From assembly GCF_030028105.1 (NCBI RefSeq), contig NC_092379.1:26405821-26469820 (forward strand): a DNA stretch of 64,000 nucleotides. Reading direction: 5' to 3'. Made by a program: the position numbers and the translations under genes. How positions within the stretch are numbered: the first letter of the stretch is position 1; every line of letters starts with the position of its first letter. Shown in pieces: positions 1 through 12,609 of this stretch. Under the pieces are notes generated by a model, which saw nothing but the letters and a program-made list of their open reading frames with translations, did no database searches and was not told the origin of the DNA. The stretch is from Mobula birostris. Lineage: Eukaryota.

Positions 1-1068
1 TTCCCTTCTTTGGGCTTGGAATATAAGTAACCTTGAGGTTGTGTGTGGGCTGCTGGTTTGTCTCGTCAGTGCTCCTTGGAGCAACCTTCTGACGGAAGGC
101 TAATGAAACCATCCGTGATCTCTAGGCCTGGTTGGAGGACCACCGCTTCATGGAGCCTTATTGCCACTCGTCGGAGCAGTCATCCTGGAATGGATTTGGC
201 CGTTTTTGTAGCCAGCCAAGGTTGCTGGCTGCCAGGTGAATCAGAGCTACCCCGGACTGAACTATTTTCCTGTTCTTGCCTCCGTTGGGTAAGCAGGGCG
301 TTTGCCGTTACCCTACGATTGGGTCCGCCCCTCCCTGTCCCTGTCTCCATGGGTTGAAGTTTCGCGTCCAGCTCAGGAGTTCCGCATCCTGCCTAGGAGT
401 TCAGCTTCCTGCCCAGGAAAAGCTCCAAGAACCCAGGCCTCGAGGATCGCAAGCCAAGCTCCAAGAACCAAAGCCTCGAAGATCCCAAGCCGACCTCCAA
501 GAACACTAGCCCCGATGATCCTAAGCTAAACTCCAAGAACACTGGCCTCGAGGATCCTAAGCCAAACTCCAAGAACACTAGCCAGGAGTCCTTAGCCTCC
601 ATGCTCAAGACCCAAGGCCACAGCCTGCAGGCAAGCTCAAGACCCAAGAACCCAGCCTGCAGCCAAGCCCAAGGCACAAGGCCTCAGCCTGCAGAAAAGC
701 TCAAAACCAAAGGCCTCAGCCTGCAGCCAAGGTCAAGACCCAAGGTCCCAGCCAGCAGTCAAGTTCAAGACACAAGGCCCCAGCCACCTCCTGTCCTGAA
801 GCAATGTCATGCCCTTGCCTGGTTCTGGAGTCGGAGCACGAGACAAGACCCAGCTTCTGGGTCCTTGTCCAGTCTCAGGCTCGGAGTCGAAGCCTTGTCT
901 CCTAGTCCATGGTTACTAGTCCTGGTCCCGCTTTCCCTACCCCAAGTCGGTATTCTTGTCCCTGCTCCTGGTCTGAATCCTGTCACGTTCCTACCCCAGT
1001 CAGGTCCTGTTCCATGTACTTCAATGTCTGTGTCGTGCATTTGGGTCCGCTACAACGCCCCTTGTGAC
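1..1068 (+). mobile_element. LTR-like element (family also at 8.0, 27.4, 40.3 and 48.1 kb); 5' end outside window
   Basis: Ends ...GTGTCGTGCATTTGGGTCCGC...TGTGACA. This matches the 3' ends of the TGTCA...TGACA solo LTRs at 40264-41538 and 48090-49231. Contains internal minisatellites. Confidence 0.65.
415..800 (+). repeat. Two adjacent minisatellite arrays (~36-bp and ~33-bp units) inside the LTR
   Basis: Repeated CTCCAAGAAC...GAGGATC..AAGCC units, then TCAAGACCCAAG...CAGCCTGCAG units. These explain the repetitive QEPRPRGSQAKL ORFs. Confidence 0.8.
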
Positions 1069-1191
1069 AGACATGTGTCATTTTTTTTTTAACTTTATGG
1101 TTTTTGGAAAACATGTCATAATTTACTCGCTTATATTTTCACAGGAACAGAAATTTTGACCTGGGTGCCGAAACTCTTGCATACCACTGTA
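1069..1191 (+). mobile_element. Tc1/mariner terminal fragment (TIR + TA)
   Basis: CAGAAATTTTGACCTGGGTGCCGAAACTCTTGCATACCACTG-TA is nearly identical to the end of the Tc1 remnant at 28550-28597. Confidence 0.7.
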
Positions 1192-3739
1192 CATCCTTTA
1201 TATTCATCTTTCCGAACAGAAGCCAAAATAGAACTCTGTTGAAAGCAAACCCTTGGGCAACATGTTACATATGATGGGAATCCTCGCAGGGAGAGTTTTT
1301 TTTTTTTTTTTGTTAATCTACAAAAGTAAAAAGTACAATTTAGAAGATATTTGCGGACAGCCAAATAGTGGACAAAATTTTACGTACAAATTACAACTGA
1401 GCACAGAAATAAATATAAAAGGACGATGATAGGATTGTCACGTGTGATTTCGAAATGCATGCGATTGGGCAGAATAAGGCTCATGCCTGATTGGAAGATA
1501 TGACATTTGCAGCATGCCAATAAGATTGATATTTCAAATCAGATTCTAGTCCAACCCACTGGAAAAGGGCATTCTGGATAAAATGTCGTGATTTGAAATA
1601 CATTTGATTCGGGAACTTAAGGTCAAGGAAACCGTAACAGTTAATAATAATAAGGAGGGTAGAGCAAATTCAAGATAGCGCTAAAGGCAGACTTATTTGC
1701 TTGCAATTCGGAAACATCTCTATTCTATCTTTAATGTTTCTTCTTTTTTTTTAACTTTTCAAGTTTCTTCCGCAGACCCCGGCGTGGAGTCACAATCTGA
1801 CCTTTGTTTTTTTGCTGGAATGGGACCGGCTCTCAGGGCCGCACGACGGGCTTTTTTTTTTTTTTTGTCATTAATATCCGAAGGACGCTGCATGGAAGAC
1901 TGGTACGCATTTAGGTTCCCCGACAAGTTGTAGGTTCCCCTATAAGCGTGGCTGACGGGTTGATGTTAAGGCCTGTGTCCCGGCCAGATGAGTCACGGGA
2001 GCCTGGTGTGTGTCCAGAGACGTGGGCCTCTGGGCCGATTCTCTGGACGCACAGCTCGGAAGAAGTGACGCAAGAGAATTCTAACATCGTAACTCAGCGA
2101 GTTTTGTGTTACGTCTCTCCTCGTTATCTAAAACGGGCACTTCTTTTTCTCTTGTTAGGTAGAGAGCCAGTGGTATGTCAAATCATCGGGTGAAAGAGTA
2201 GTCTTTCAGGTACAGCAAGGCTGTGTCTATTGATGCATTGCTTCACGCCTGTGTGCTCAGTGGTCATTGCTTGCTGCTGCTTCTGCGTGGCAGGGGGAGC
2301 TGGGACGGTCTTTGGGATTCTATCGTTTGCTTTCTATCATTCCTTATTTGCGGAACACCTATTTTTCAGTCGATGGTTTCCAAGAAAAAAAAAACAATTT
2401 TAGGATTGTGTAGTATACATCTCTCTGATTTTCAATGAACCTATTGAAGCTATGATTGTAGAATATACCATTCCCTTTGAGAGAGAGACGAAAAGTCAAA
2501 GTCACAAATATCCGATTAAAACAAACTAAACTTTCGGATATGTGAACGCGCAGCAGAAAGTGCAGTCGGAATTAGTATGGGCCCTGGAAAGCAGAAACGT
2601 CTGATTAGATAAGTTAATTGGTCCAGATGCATTACGCGCGAGCGTTGCGAAGGAGGCATTACACTGCGGAGGCATTAGGCATGATTTTTCGAGAAACTTT
2701 ATATTTTGTTATTATCCCCCGGGCCCGTAGAAATGGAAATGTCACGTTTTTTTTTTTATTTTTTTATTTATTTATTTTTTTTTTTAGGAAGAACGGAGGC
2801 AAAACAAAATAAGTTATAAGCCAGTTAGACATTCGTCAGTGGTAAGCAATTTCTGAGTCGTCGTTATTAAGAAAGAAGAATCGATATGTTTCGAGATTCG
2901 TGATTAATTAGGCTGAGTGATCGTGGTTTAACTGAGGGTATAAAACGTCCAAAACATATGTTGCAATAATTGAGAAGGCAGCAGGCAGGATAAACTTATG
3001 GTGGTCTGTAACTGATATTCCGTCAGAAACGTTTTCGAAGTCTGCTGACAAAGGTTGGGTATTTGCTGCTGAGCAACAGCTTATCACTATTACACGAACG
3101 GACAGAATGACCATAAGGGTCATAATGGGTAGAAGGCAAGGAGTGGAAATAAAGACATATATATTTTTTTCTGTTAGGGTGCTGGTGACTACTGTTGTTT
3201 CATGGAGCCGGTTTTTGACGCTCTATTTCACATTGTATGTCAATTAACTGAGCGACCTAGTTGATGACTCTCTGGCTAATCTTGCAGTCGATACAAAAAA
3301 TAAGTCGAGGGGAGTTTAATGTTGATGATGTAGAGGGTGTGCACAGTAGCAGAAAACGCGTACAGAAGTGGCAGGCAGGATACAGTGCAGGAAGATCTAT
3401 GTACATATACATTGGTAAGCGGAATAATGGAGTAGACTGTTTTCTCAACCAGTGAAAATTTAGAAACCAGAGGGATAAAGCGACTTGGGAGTCAGACTGC
3501 AGGATTTCCTAAACGATAACCTACTAGTTAAGTCAGTAATAAAGGAAACAAATGCAGTATTACTGTTATGGTATACTTGTACATGAACACGTGAGCAGAT
3601 GGTTAAAGTCGGTGCGCATGCACCGTTGTTTCTTTTCCTGGAATAACTGTCTCAAAACTTGGTGACTGTGGTGAGGCTCGGATTTTTTTGTTTTTTAAAC
3701 CACAGCGCCCAACTTTTAAACTTGCAGCTGGCAGCATAA

Positions 3740-6700
3740 CGATAACGCAACCCTGAAACATCGGAGGGTGAGTGTAAGAGTAGGAAAATGTCGACTGAGA
3801 TGAGCAACCAGCCACAAATGGAGACGAACGCAATAACAATGCCTGGAGGTGAGACAGCAGAGACTCAGCGCCATCTAGTACCCACGGGCGACCCATTGCT
3901 GGGAAACTATGACGGGGGCAGAAATCCTCCCCCGGTCAGCGGCATTCGCCCGCCACAGGCCGTGACGGTCAACCGAGGCGTGATAGACGGATGGAAGACA
4001 TGGCGGCAGAGGTGGACTAACTACAGCGTCGTAGCCAAATGCATAAACAAGTTCCAGCATAGCAGACGGCATTATATTTGCATATAATTGGACCGGCAGG
4101 TATTGAGATCTACAACGGTTTTGTGTTCGCAGATGAGGCTGAAGGCCAAGACATCACAAAGGTATTAGCCACATTTGACCGATATGCTATCGGTGAGGAA
4201 AATGAGACCTATTAATGATACTTGTTCAACAAGCGGCAACAAGAACAAGGTGAAAATTTTGTTTCTTGCCAGTCTTAGAGTTCTTGAAAAGAGATGTAAT
4301 TTTTGATCGTGTATGTCAGAAAGTCTGCTGAGAGAAAAGATCGTACTTGGCATTAACGATTCCCAAACCAGAAAAGGTCAGTTACAAGAGAGAACGCTAT
4401 CGCTCAATGATTGCATTGGTATCTGTAAAAACACATAAATGGCTGAATCCAACCAACAAGCATTCAGTACAGCTGCAGATAGCAGGTCTGCTACTGTCAC
4501 TGGTATTAAACCTCGCACTAAAAAGTAAGGTTCAAAGCACCCTGGAGAGAATTAGTGCTAGTGGTGGAGCTACAGCAAAAGGCCCCTTGAACAGCCACAG
4601 AAGCAAAGTGAACCCTTGTGGTACTGTGGCACGGAACATGGAAGAGACAAGCAACAATGCCTAGCATATGGAGCGGTGAGCAAGACGTGTGGTATTCGAA
4701 ATCACTTTGCAAGGGTATGCAAGCAGAAGCCCGTGCATGGTGTGGAAGCACAAAGCGATAACCAAACCGACAGTGACAGCAGCACCGAGTTTATCGACAA
4801 TGTCATGCTAGTGGTCAACAGGTTGAAGACAAAGGATGACGTATTCCCACAGAAGCTCATCAATAGAAAACTAATATACTTCCAAGTCGTCAGCGGGGCA
4901 GCAATTAACATTTATCGCCGCAAATACTTGAAGGGCGCATTCCACACAGTAAGACAATGCACAAACAATAAAATAAAAACTGATGATGTGGAACAAGACC
5001 ATCATGGATGCAGGACGGGTGTGCAGAGTGAAATTGCCTAACCCCAGGACGCCCCGCAAGTATTCTGCCGAATCTGCCGTGATCACTTACGATGTTACAC
5101 CATTGCTGGGAAGCAGGGCCAGCCAGCAAATGAAGGTGATTCCGGTCAACAATGACAATGAAAAACAATGCATACCAGAAGAGCGCTATGCAGAGGTGTT
5201 CGATGATGCGCTCGAGGTGCTTCCGGGTACAGTCCACCTTCAGATTGTTGAGGAAGTTCCACCCATAGTGTTACCCCAAGACGTCTACCTTACGCTATGA
5301 AGCGGGAAGTGAAAGCTGAGCTTGATCCACTGGTAGAGCGCAACCTGATAGCTCCAGTCAATGAACCTACAAGGTGGGTTAGCTAGTTAATAGTCGCAGA
5401 GAAGAAGAACGGCAATCTTAGGATATGCATTGACCCTTGACGTTGACCCAGCGCTGAGGAGAGAATACTACCCCCCCCCCACTTCCGGTGATGGAGGGCA
5501 TTTTACCAGAACCTAGCAGGGCTAAGGTTTTCAGCAATCTTGATATCAGTTCTGCATTCTGGTAAGTGTAATTGCACAGTGAATCAAGCGTGCTCACCAC
5601 TTTCAACACACCTTTCGGGCGGTATAGATGACCCGTTTGGAACCAGCGTTGCATCACAGATCTTCCAGCGCAGACTGCATCAGGAGCTGCAAGGACTACT
5701 GGGAGGGCTGTGCGTCGCAGACGATATTATGGTGTATGGAAAAGGGGGAAAGCAGGAAAAAGCAATCGCCGATCATGTTCTGAAACTTCAGTAGCAATTA
5801 CAGCGTTGTGTAGGGCAGCATATCAAGCTGAACAAGAACAAATCTGTCTTCAGAGCGACAGAGATACCCCATTTGGGGCATTTCATCACAAGTGAAAAAT
5901 TTCAGCCTGATCCAAAAAAAGTCGCTGACGTTCCCAGCGTGCCAGCACCCACCATAGTGCAGGGAGTGCTGCGATTAATCGGATTTGTCAACTACCTGAG
6001 CCGTTTTCTATCAAGTTTCTCAGATACCCTTGAGCCAAGAAGACAGCTGACAAAGCCAGCTGTAGCATGGGAGTGGTCAGCTGAGCAGCAAAACGTTCCC
6101 TCCAAGATGAAGCGAGTAGTATCCGAAGCACCGGTGTTAACACACTACAATTCCAAGGAAGAGCTAACCATCCAATGTGACGCTATTAACAAAGTCCTAG
6201 GGACAGCACTCCTCCAGAATGGACGACCGATCGCATATGCAAGTATAGCGCTGACGGATACAGAAACGCGTTACGCGGCGATCGAAAACTAACTGCTCGC
6301 AATCGTTTTCGCACTTGAGCGTTTTCGCCAAAACACTTTTGACCGCGTCACAAGAGTACTCAGCGATCAGAAGCCGCTCAATACGATAATTAATAAGCCG
6401 CTGATGTGGGCAACGAAGCACCTTCAGGGATTGCTCTTTCTCCTGCAGAGCTAAGACATCAACATCACCTACTGTCAAGGAAAACTCATGCACCTCGCGG
6501 ATACGCTATCGCGAGCAGTTAGCGATACTCCTGCCCAGGGGAACAGCTTATATGAAGTCAACATGCTATCGCACCTGCCAATCCGCGATGAGCGTCTGGA
6601 GCAGATTCGCATAGAAACTGCGGAAGATGACACACTACAGATGTTGGAACGCGTAATCATCAGCAGATGGCTGAGCGAACGGGACGCGCTACTAGAGCAA

Positions 6701-7960
6701 CTCAGACCTCACTATAGCTATTGGGATGAGTTCGCAGTGGAGGACGGCTTAATCTTCAAAGATGAGCGTGTCATCATACCGCAAAGTGAGTGACAGCAAA
6801 TGAAGGGAATAATTCATTCATCACACTTGGGCGTAGTAGAATGCCTCAAACGCGCACAAGAATTTTTTTTTTTGGCCAGGCATGAGCAGCGACATCAAGC
6901 AATACATTGCTACATGCGATGTTTCTTCCACCTAAGAAATCAGTCAGCAGAAAGAATCACTTATGAGGTACCCGATCGGCCGTGCGATAAGATAGGTACT
7001 GACCTGTTTACATTCGAAGGAAATGAGTACCTCGTCACCGTTGAATACTACAGTAACTTCTTCGAGGTAAATCTTCTTTGCGATACGACCAGCGCAGCTG
7101 TTATTCGCAAATTGAAGGCTCATTATGCGAGTTATGGTAGCCCAACACAAGTGGTTAGTGAAAATGGGCCACAATACACGTCAGCGGAGTTTCACAGATT
7201 TGCACGAGAGTGCGATTTTCAGTACTTGCGTAGCAGCCCCGGAAATAGCAAAGCGAATTGAAAAGCTGAATCGGCAGTGAAAACAGCTAAGTGGATCCTC
7301 ACAATGAGCTATATATCGCGAGCAGACCTCGCTCCTATAGATAATTACAACACAACTTCGCAGGGGCTCAGCACGAGTCCTGTCCAGCGTTTGATGATTC
7401 GCCGCACGTGCACGCATGCACGCTCCTGCCTACACCATCGAGTTTACAAGAACCCAGAGTTGTACACGAAAGCGAGAGTATGAAACAAAGCGTCCAATTG
7501 CAGGCCGAAAATTACAGCAAATCAGCAAAAGATCTTGCCCCAGTCGATGAAGGGGATAGCGTGTGCATGCAAACCCTGATGCAAGGTAAAAAGAATTGGG
7601 ACAAAGCAAATGTGTGCCGGCGCCTTGATGATCGTTCATAGGCAGTTCAAACCCCTTCTGGGATCTACCTACGTAATGGCATACATCTATGAAAGACAGC
7701 TGAGGAACCGCCTGAAAAACTAATCACATATGAACAGGCAAAACCAGCTGAAAGAACCGACATCAATGACCAAAGTGTGCCGACTGCATTAAATGCACAC
7801 AGCCAAACACTAGGAGAGGCTAATGACACAACACGAACGTTGAGACATGCAAATAACAAACAAAAAGACACGGACAAAACAGTAAAACGTCGTTCTGGCC
7901 GCACAGAGAAAAGGCCACAATACCCATAAGACTTTGGCCCAAATTGCGTAATTGCATGAA
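3740..7960 (+). mobile_element. Decayed Ty3/Gypsy LTR retrotransposon internal region (gag-PR-RT-RH-INT)
   Basis: Fragmented ORFs show gag (WKTWRQRWTNY), a CCHC knuckle (YCGTEH...C..CGIRNHFARVC, ~4615-4720), RT VADDI (~5712), RNase H (QCDA...LLQNGRPIAYAS...ETRYAAIE) and integrase (IGTDLF...LVTVEYYS, ENGPQY). Many stops and frameshifts; no paired LTRs found. Confidence 0.9.
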
Positions 7961-8019
7961 CAATTGAACTTTCTGGCATTTTAATGTCAATTTTATACTA
8001 ACGGTCAACTGTTCCTCTG

Positions 8020-8497
8020 AGTTGTGCAGGTCCCGGCTCTCTGCTCTGTGTGTGAGTCCCGGCCCTATGTCCTGTACCCAAGGAGGGGTCCCGACCCTGT
8101 GTTCTCTGTATGTGTCCATGGTTCCATGTACCTGCTCTCCCGAAACCGAGGCTCTGGTTTCCATGTTCCTCCTCTCCCTAGCCCATGTCCTGTCCATACC
8201 TGGTTCTGGGGTCCGAGCCCGAGGCAAGACCCAGGTCCTGGGTCTTTCCCGAGTCTCGGGCTTGGAGTCCATACCCTATCCTCTGCATGTTCCATCTAGT
8301 TGTGGGAGCCGATTCCGAGTCTAAGTCCAGACACTTGGACCCAACCTAGCCGTAGTCCTGAGTCCATGTCCAGTTCGCTATTTCCTGCTCTTGCCCTGGT
8401 CTCCTGGTATCGATCAATAAACTAAATCTAAGTAACCTCACAAGATGTGTCTTGCATTTGGGTCCACCCTTGCTCCCAATTCCCCGGCAATGTGACA
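8020..8497 (+). mobile_element. 5'-truncated LTR of the minisatellite-rich family
   Basis: Ends GTGTCTTGCATTTGGGTCCACCC...TGTGACA; internal CCCGAG/GAGTC repeats as in the other copies. Confidence 0.65.
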
Positions 8498-8539
8498 CTC
8501 ATGCAATCCACCAATCCACCGCCTTTGTACTTTGTACAG

Positions 8540-9600
8540 AGTACTTTATTTGATTTTATCACATAATCCCAAATATGCACACTAATTGCCACGACTTAGT
8601 GACGTCCGCATTTTCATACTAGTCAATTTTTAATTCAGCCACAAATTCATCCATGATATTCAGAAGTCTACGAGCATTGAAATACAGAACCTTCAGTGCT
8701 GCATTTTTTCGGCCTTTTTGTTGTTGCCTCTGTGGTGCTGTTAACTTTTTGCTCTCTCTGCATGTACACCCGATCTTTGGTTTGTCTTTCCTTACGTACA
8801 TGTTACATCCGTCAACTACCCGTAAACCTCTGACCATCCTCAGCTCGATCTGCGTATTTCCCATCTCACTGCCATATTATTTTAAAACACTCCCAGCAAC
8901 TTTAGCAAATCTGCCCGAAAGAATATTGCCCCATTCGGATTCATCTCCAACACATCCCTTTTGTACGAGTCCCGCATGCCTCAGAAGAGATCTCAATTAT
9001 CGAAAAACCAGAATATTTGCCTCCTGCTCCAATTCCAAACCACCCATTTATCTGCCTCCTTATTCTATTCCTATGCTCAATGTCGCACGGCACAGGCAGC
9101 AATCTCGAGGTTACTACACTTGAGGTCCTGCTACTCAGTTTCCTTCTTAACTCTCTATTTTATTTTTTTTTTATTTCAGGACCTCCTCCGTTTTTTTTTC
9201 CTGTGTCGTTGATACCCCAAATCCTGGCTGCTTATACTCCTTTTTCATACATTCTGGTCGCGTCTAGATATATTTATAATCTCACGACCCGTGAGGTAAT
9301 CTGCCCTCCATGTTTTCTTTTTTCGTCCATAAATTATGCTATGTGACCTCTGACAATACTGTCCACTGTTACTGCTGTTTTCGTCTTCGGTTCTTTACTG
9401 TTCTGTGCCATAGGGCCAAAGTCTGTGCGAGAAGCTCAGCCGCTGTTGTTTTCCCCATTTAGGCAGATATTCCCAAACAGTACTCAAAACGAATAACTTA
9501 TTGTTGTTGAGGTGTGCCAACACTATCTGTTTTCATCTCTTCCCTCTCCTGACAATCACATTAATCTATATCCTGTTGAGTTGGTGTGACTGTTGCTCCT
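8540..9600 (-). mobile_element. CR1 LINE fragment (end of ORF1 to start of ORF2 endonuclease)
   Basis: The minus ORF 8619-8864 contains LKVLYFNARRL, the CR1 APE N-terminus (cf. LRCIYFNARRI at 12.5 kb). Upstream minus frames give GNILSGRFAKV, resembling the end of CR1 ORF1. Confidence 0.65.
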
Positions 9601-9639
9601 GTCTATCAATATTTCACTTTCCCTAACAAGACAAAGTTA

Positions 9640-12600
9640 GAAACCATAGAAACCATTGAAACTACAGCACAGAAACAGGCCCTTTGGCCCTTCTTGGCTG
9701 TGCCGAACTATTTTCTGCCTAGTCCCACTGACCTACACACGGACAATATCCCTCCATACCCTTCCAAACCATGTATCTGTCCAATTTATTCTTAAATGTT
9801 AAAAAAAGACCCGCATTTACCACCTCACCTGGCAACTCCCACCACTCTCTGTGTGAAGAAGCACCTCCCCCCAATGTTCCCTTTAAACTTCCCCCCCCTC
9901 CTCACCCTTAACCCATATCCTCTGTTTTTTTTTTCTCCCCTTGCCTCAGTGGAAAAAGCCTGCTTGCATTCACTCTATCTATACCCATCATAATTTTATA
10001 TACCTCTATCAAATCACCCCTCATTCTTCTACGCTCCAGGGAATAAAGTCCTAACCTATTCAACCTTTCTCTGTAACTGAGTTTCTCAAGTCCTGGCAAC
10101 ATCCTTGTAAACCTTCTCTGCACTCTTTCAACCTTATTTATATCCTCCCTGTAATTTCGTGACCTAAACTGAACACAATACTCCAGATTCGGCCTCACCA
10201 ATGCCTTATACAACCTCATCATTACTTTCCAGCTCTTATACTTAATACTTTGATTAATAACGGCCAACATACCAAAAGCTCTCTTTACGACACTATCTAC
10301 TTGTGACGCCACTTTTAGGGAATTTTGTATCTGTATTCCCAGATACCTCTGTTCCACTGCACTCCTCAGTGCCTTACCATTAACCCTATATGTTCTACCT
10401 TGGTTTGTCCTTCCAACGTGCAATACCTCACACCTGTCTGTATTAATCTCCACTTGTATTTTTCAGCCCATTGTTTCAGCTGGTCCAAGTCCCTCTGCAG
10501 GCTCTGAAAACTTTCCTCACTGTCTACTACACCTCCAATCTTTGTATCATCAGCAAATTTCCTGATCCAATTTACCACATTATCATCCAGATCATTGATA
10601 TGGATGGCAAATAACAATGGACCCAGCACTGATCCCTGTGGCACACCACTAGTCACAGACCTCCACTCAAAGAAGCAATCCACTGCCACCACTCTTTGGC
10701 TTCTTCCATTGAGCCAATATCTAATCCAATTTACCACGTCTCCATGTATACCTAGCGACTGAATTTTCCTAACTAACCTCCCATGCGGGACCTTGTCAAA
10801 GACCTTACTGAAATCCATGTAGACAATATCCACTGCCTTCCCTTCATCCACTTTCCTGGTAACCTCCTCGAAAAACTCCAATAGATTCGTCAAACATGAC
10901 CTACCACGCACAAAGCCATGTTGCCTCTCCCTAATAAGTCCCTGTCTATCCAAATGCTTGTAGATTCTGTCTCTTAGTACTCCCTCCAATAACGTACCTG
11001 CTACCGACGTTAAACTCACCGGCCTATAGTTTCTCGGATTACTTTTCGATCCTTTTTTAAACAACGGAACAATATGAGCCACTCTCCAATCCTCCGGCAC
11101 TTCACCCATAGACAGCGACGTTTTAAATATTTCTGCCAGGGCCCCCGCAATTTCAACACTAGTCTCCTTCATGGTCCGAGGGAACACTCTGTCAGGTCCC
11201 GGGTATTTATCCACTTTAAATTTCCTCAAGACAGCAAGCACCTCCTCCTTTTCAATCTGTATAGTTTCCATGTATGACTACTTGATTCCCTCAATTCCAT
11301 AAATTTCATGCCAGTTTCATTAGTAAATACAGACACAAAAAAAACTACTTAAGATTTCCCCATTTCCTTTGGTTCTGCACATATCCGACCACTCTCAAGA
11401 GGACCAATTTTATCCCTTACAATCCTTTTGCTCTTAATATACTTGTAAAAGCTCGTTGGATTATCCTTCACTTTGACTGCCAAGGGAACCTCATGCTTTC
11501 TTTTTGCCCTACTGATTTCTTTCTTAAGTATTTTCTTGCAGTTCTTCTACTGCTCAAGCACCTGATTTACTCCCTGTTTCCTATACATTTTATACAACTC
11601 CCTCTTCTTCTTTATCAGAGTTGCAATGTCCCTTGAGATCCAAGGTTCCTTATTCCTGTTCAATTTGTCTTTAATCCTGACAGGAACATACAAACTCTGC
11701 ACTCTCAACATTTCCTCTTTGAGGGCTTCCCACCTACCAATCACATCTTTGCCAGAGAACAACCTGTCCCAATTCACGCTTTTTAGATCCTTTCTCGTTT
11801 CTTCAAATTTGGCCTTCTTCCAGTTCAGAACCTCAACCCTAGGACCAGATCTATCCTTGCCCATGATCAAATTGAAGCTAATTGTGTTATGATCACTGGA
11901 ACCAAAGTGCTACCCTACACAGACTTCCGCCACTTTGCCTAACTCGTTTCCTAACAGGAGATCCAATATTGCATCCCCTCTAGTTGGTCCCTCTTATATA
12001 TTCATTTAGAAAACTTTCCTGAACACATTTTACAAACTCTAAACTATCTAGAACCCTAACAGTATGGGAGTTCCAATCAATGTATGGAAAATGAAAATCC
12101 CCTACCACCACAACTTTTTGTTACCTGCAGTTGCCTGCTATCTCTCTGCAGATTTGCTCTTCCAAGTCTCGGTGACTATTGGGTGTTCTGTAATACAATC
12201 CCACTAATGTGGCCATACGTTTCCTGTTTCTCAGCTCCACCCATAAGGACTCAGTAGTCAAGCCCTCTAATCTGTCCCGCCTGAACACTGCTGTAATATT
12301 TTCCCTAACAAGCAATGTTGCTCCCCCACCTTTCATTCCTCTGCCTCTATCACATCTGAACCATCGGAACCCTGGAATATTAAGCTGCCCGTCCTGCTCC
12401 TCCTGTAGCCACGTTTCACTAATTGCTATAACATCATAATTCCACGTGTCAATCCACGACCTCAACTCATCCGCCTTCCCCGCAATTCTCCTAGCATTGA
12501 AATATATACACCTCAGAAGATTTTTACCACCACTCACAACCTTTCTATCAGCGGATTTGCATAAACTTTCAACATCATTTATTTTCACCCCAGCCACACT
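9640..12600 (-). mobile_element. CR1 LINE, ORF2 (APE endonuclease + reverse transcriptase) with 3' UTR; disrupted
   Basis: Minus ORFs carry IYFNARRI..DVIAISETWL (APE), NYRPVSLTS, VPQGSVLGPLLF and FADDTK (RT), and YKALVRPNLEYCVQF. A short tandem tail (AGAAACCAT)n on the plus strand lies at ~9640-9660. Confidence 0.92.
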
Positions 12601-12609
12601 GTTCATCGA

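Noticed and set aside
276-1092. Repetitive Pro/Gln/Ser-rich ORFs (also 7.8-8.3, 27.4-27.9, 40.6-41.6 and 48.2-49.3 kb) as genes
   Set aside because: They are translations of LTR-internal minisatellites, open in several frames and on both strands.
1795-2115. V-like reading (WYAF...RFSG)
   Set aside because: The W-to-RFS spacing (~45 aa) is far too long and there is no YYC or RSS.
3340-3420. Possible J segment ending in GTAAGC
   Set aside because: No F/W-G-x-G motif and no upstream RSS.
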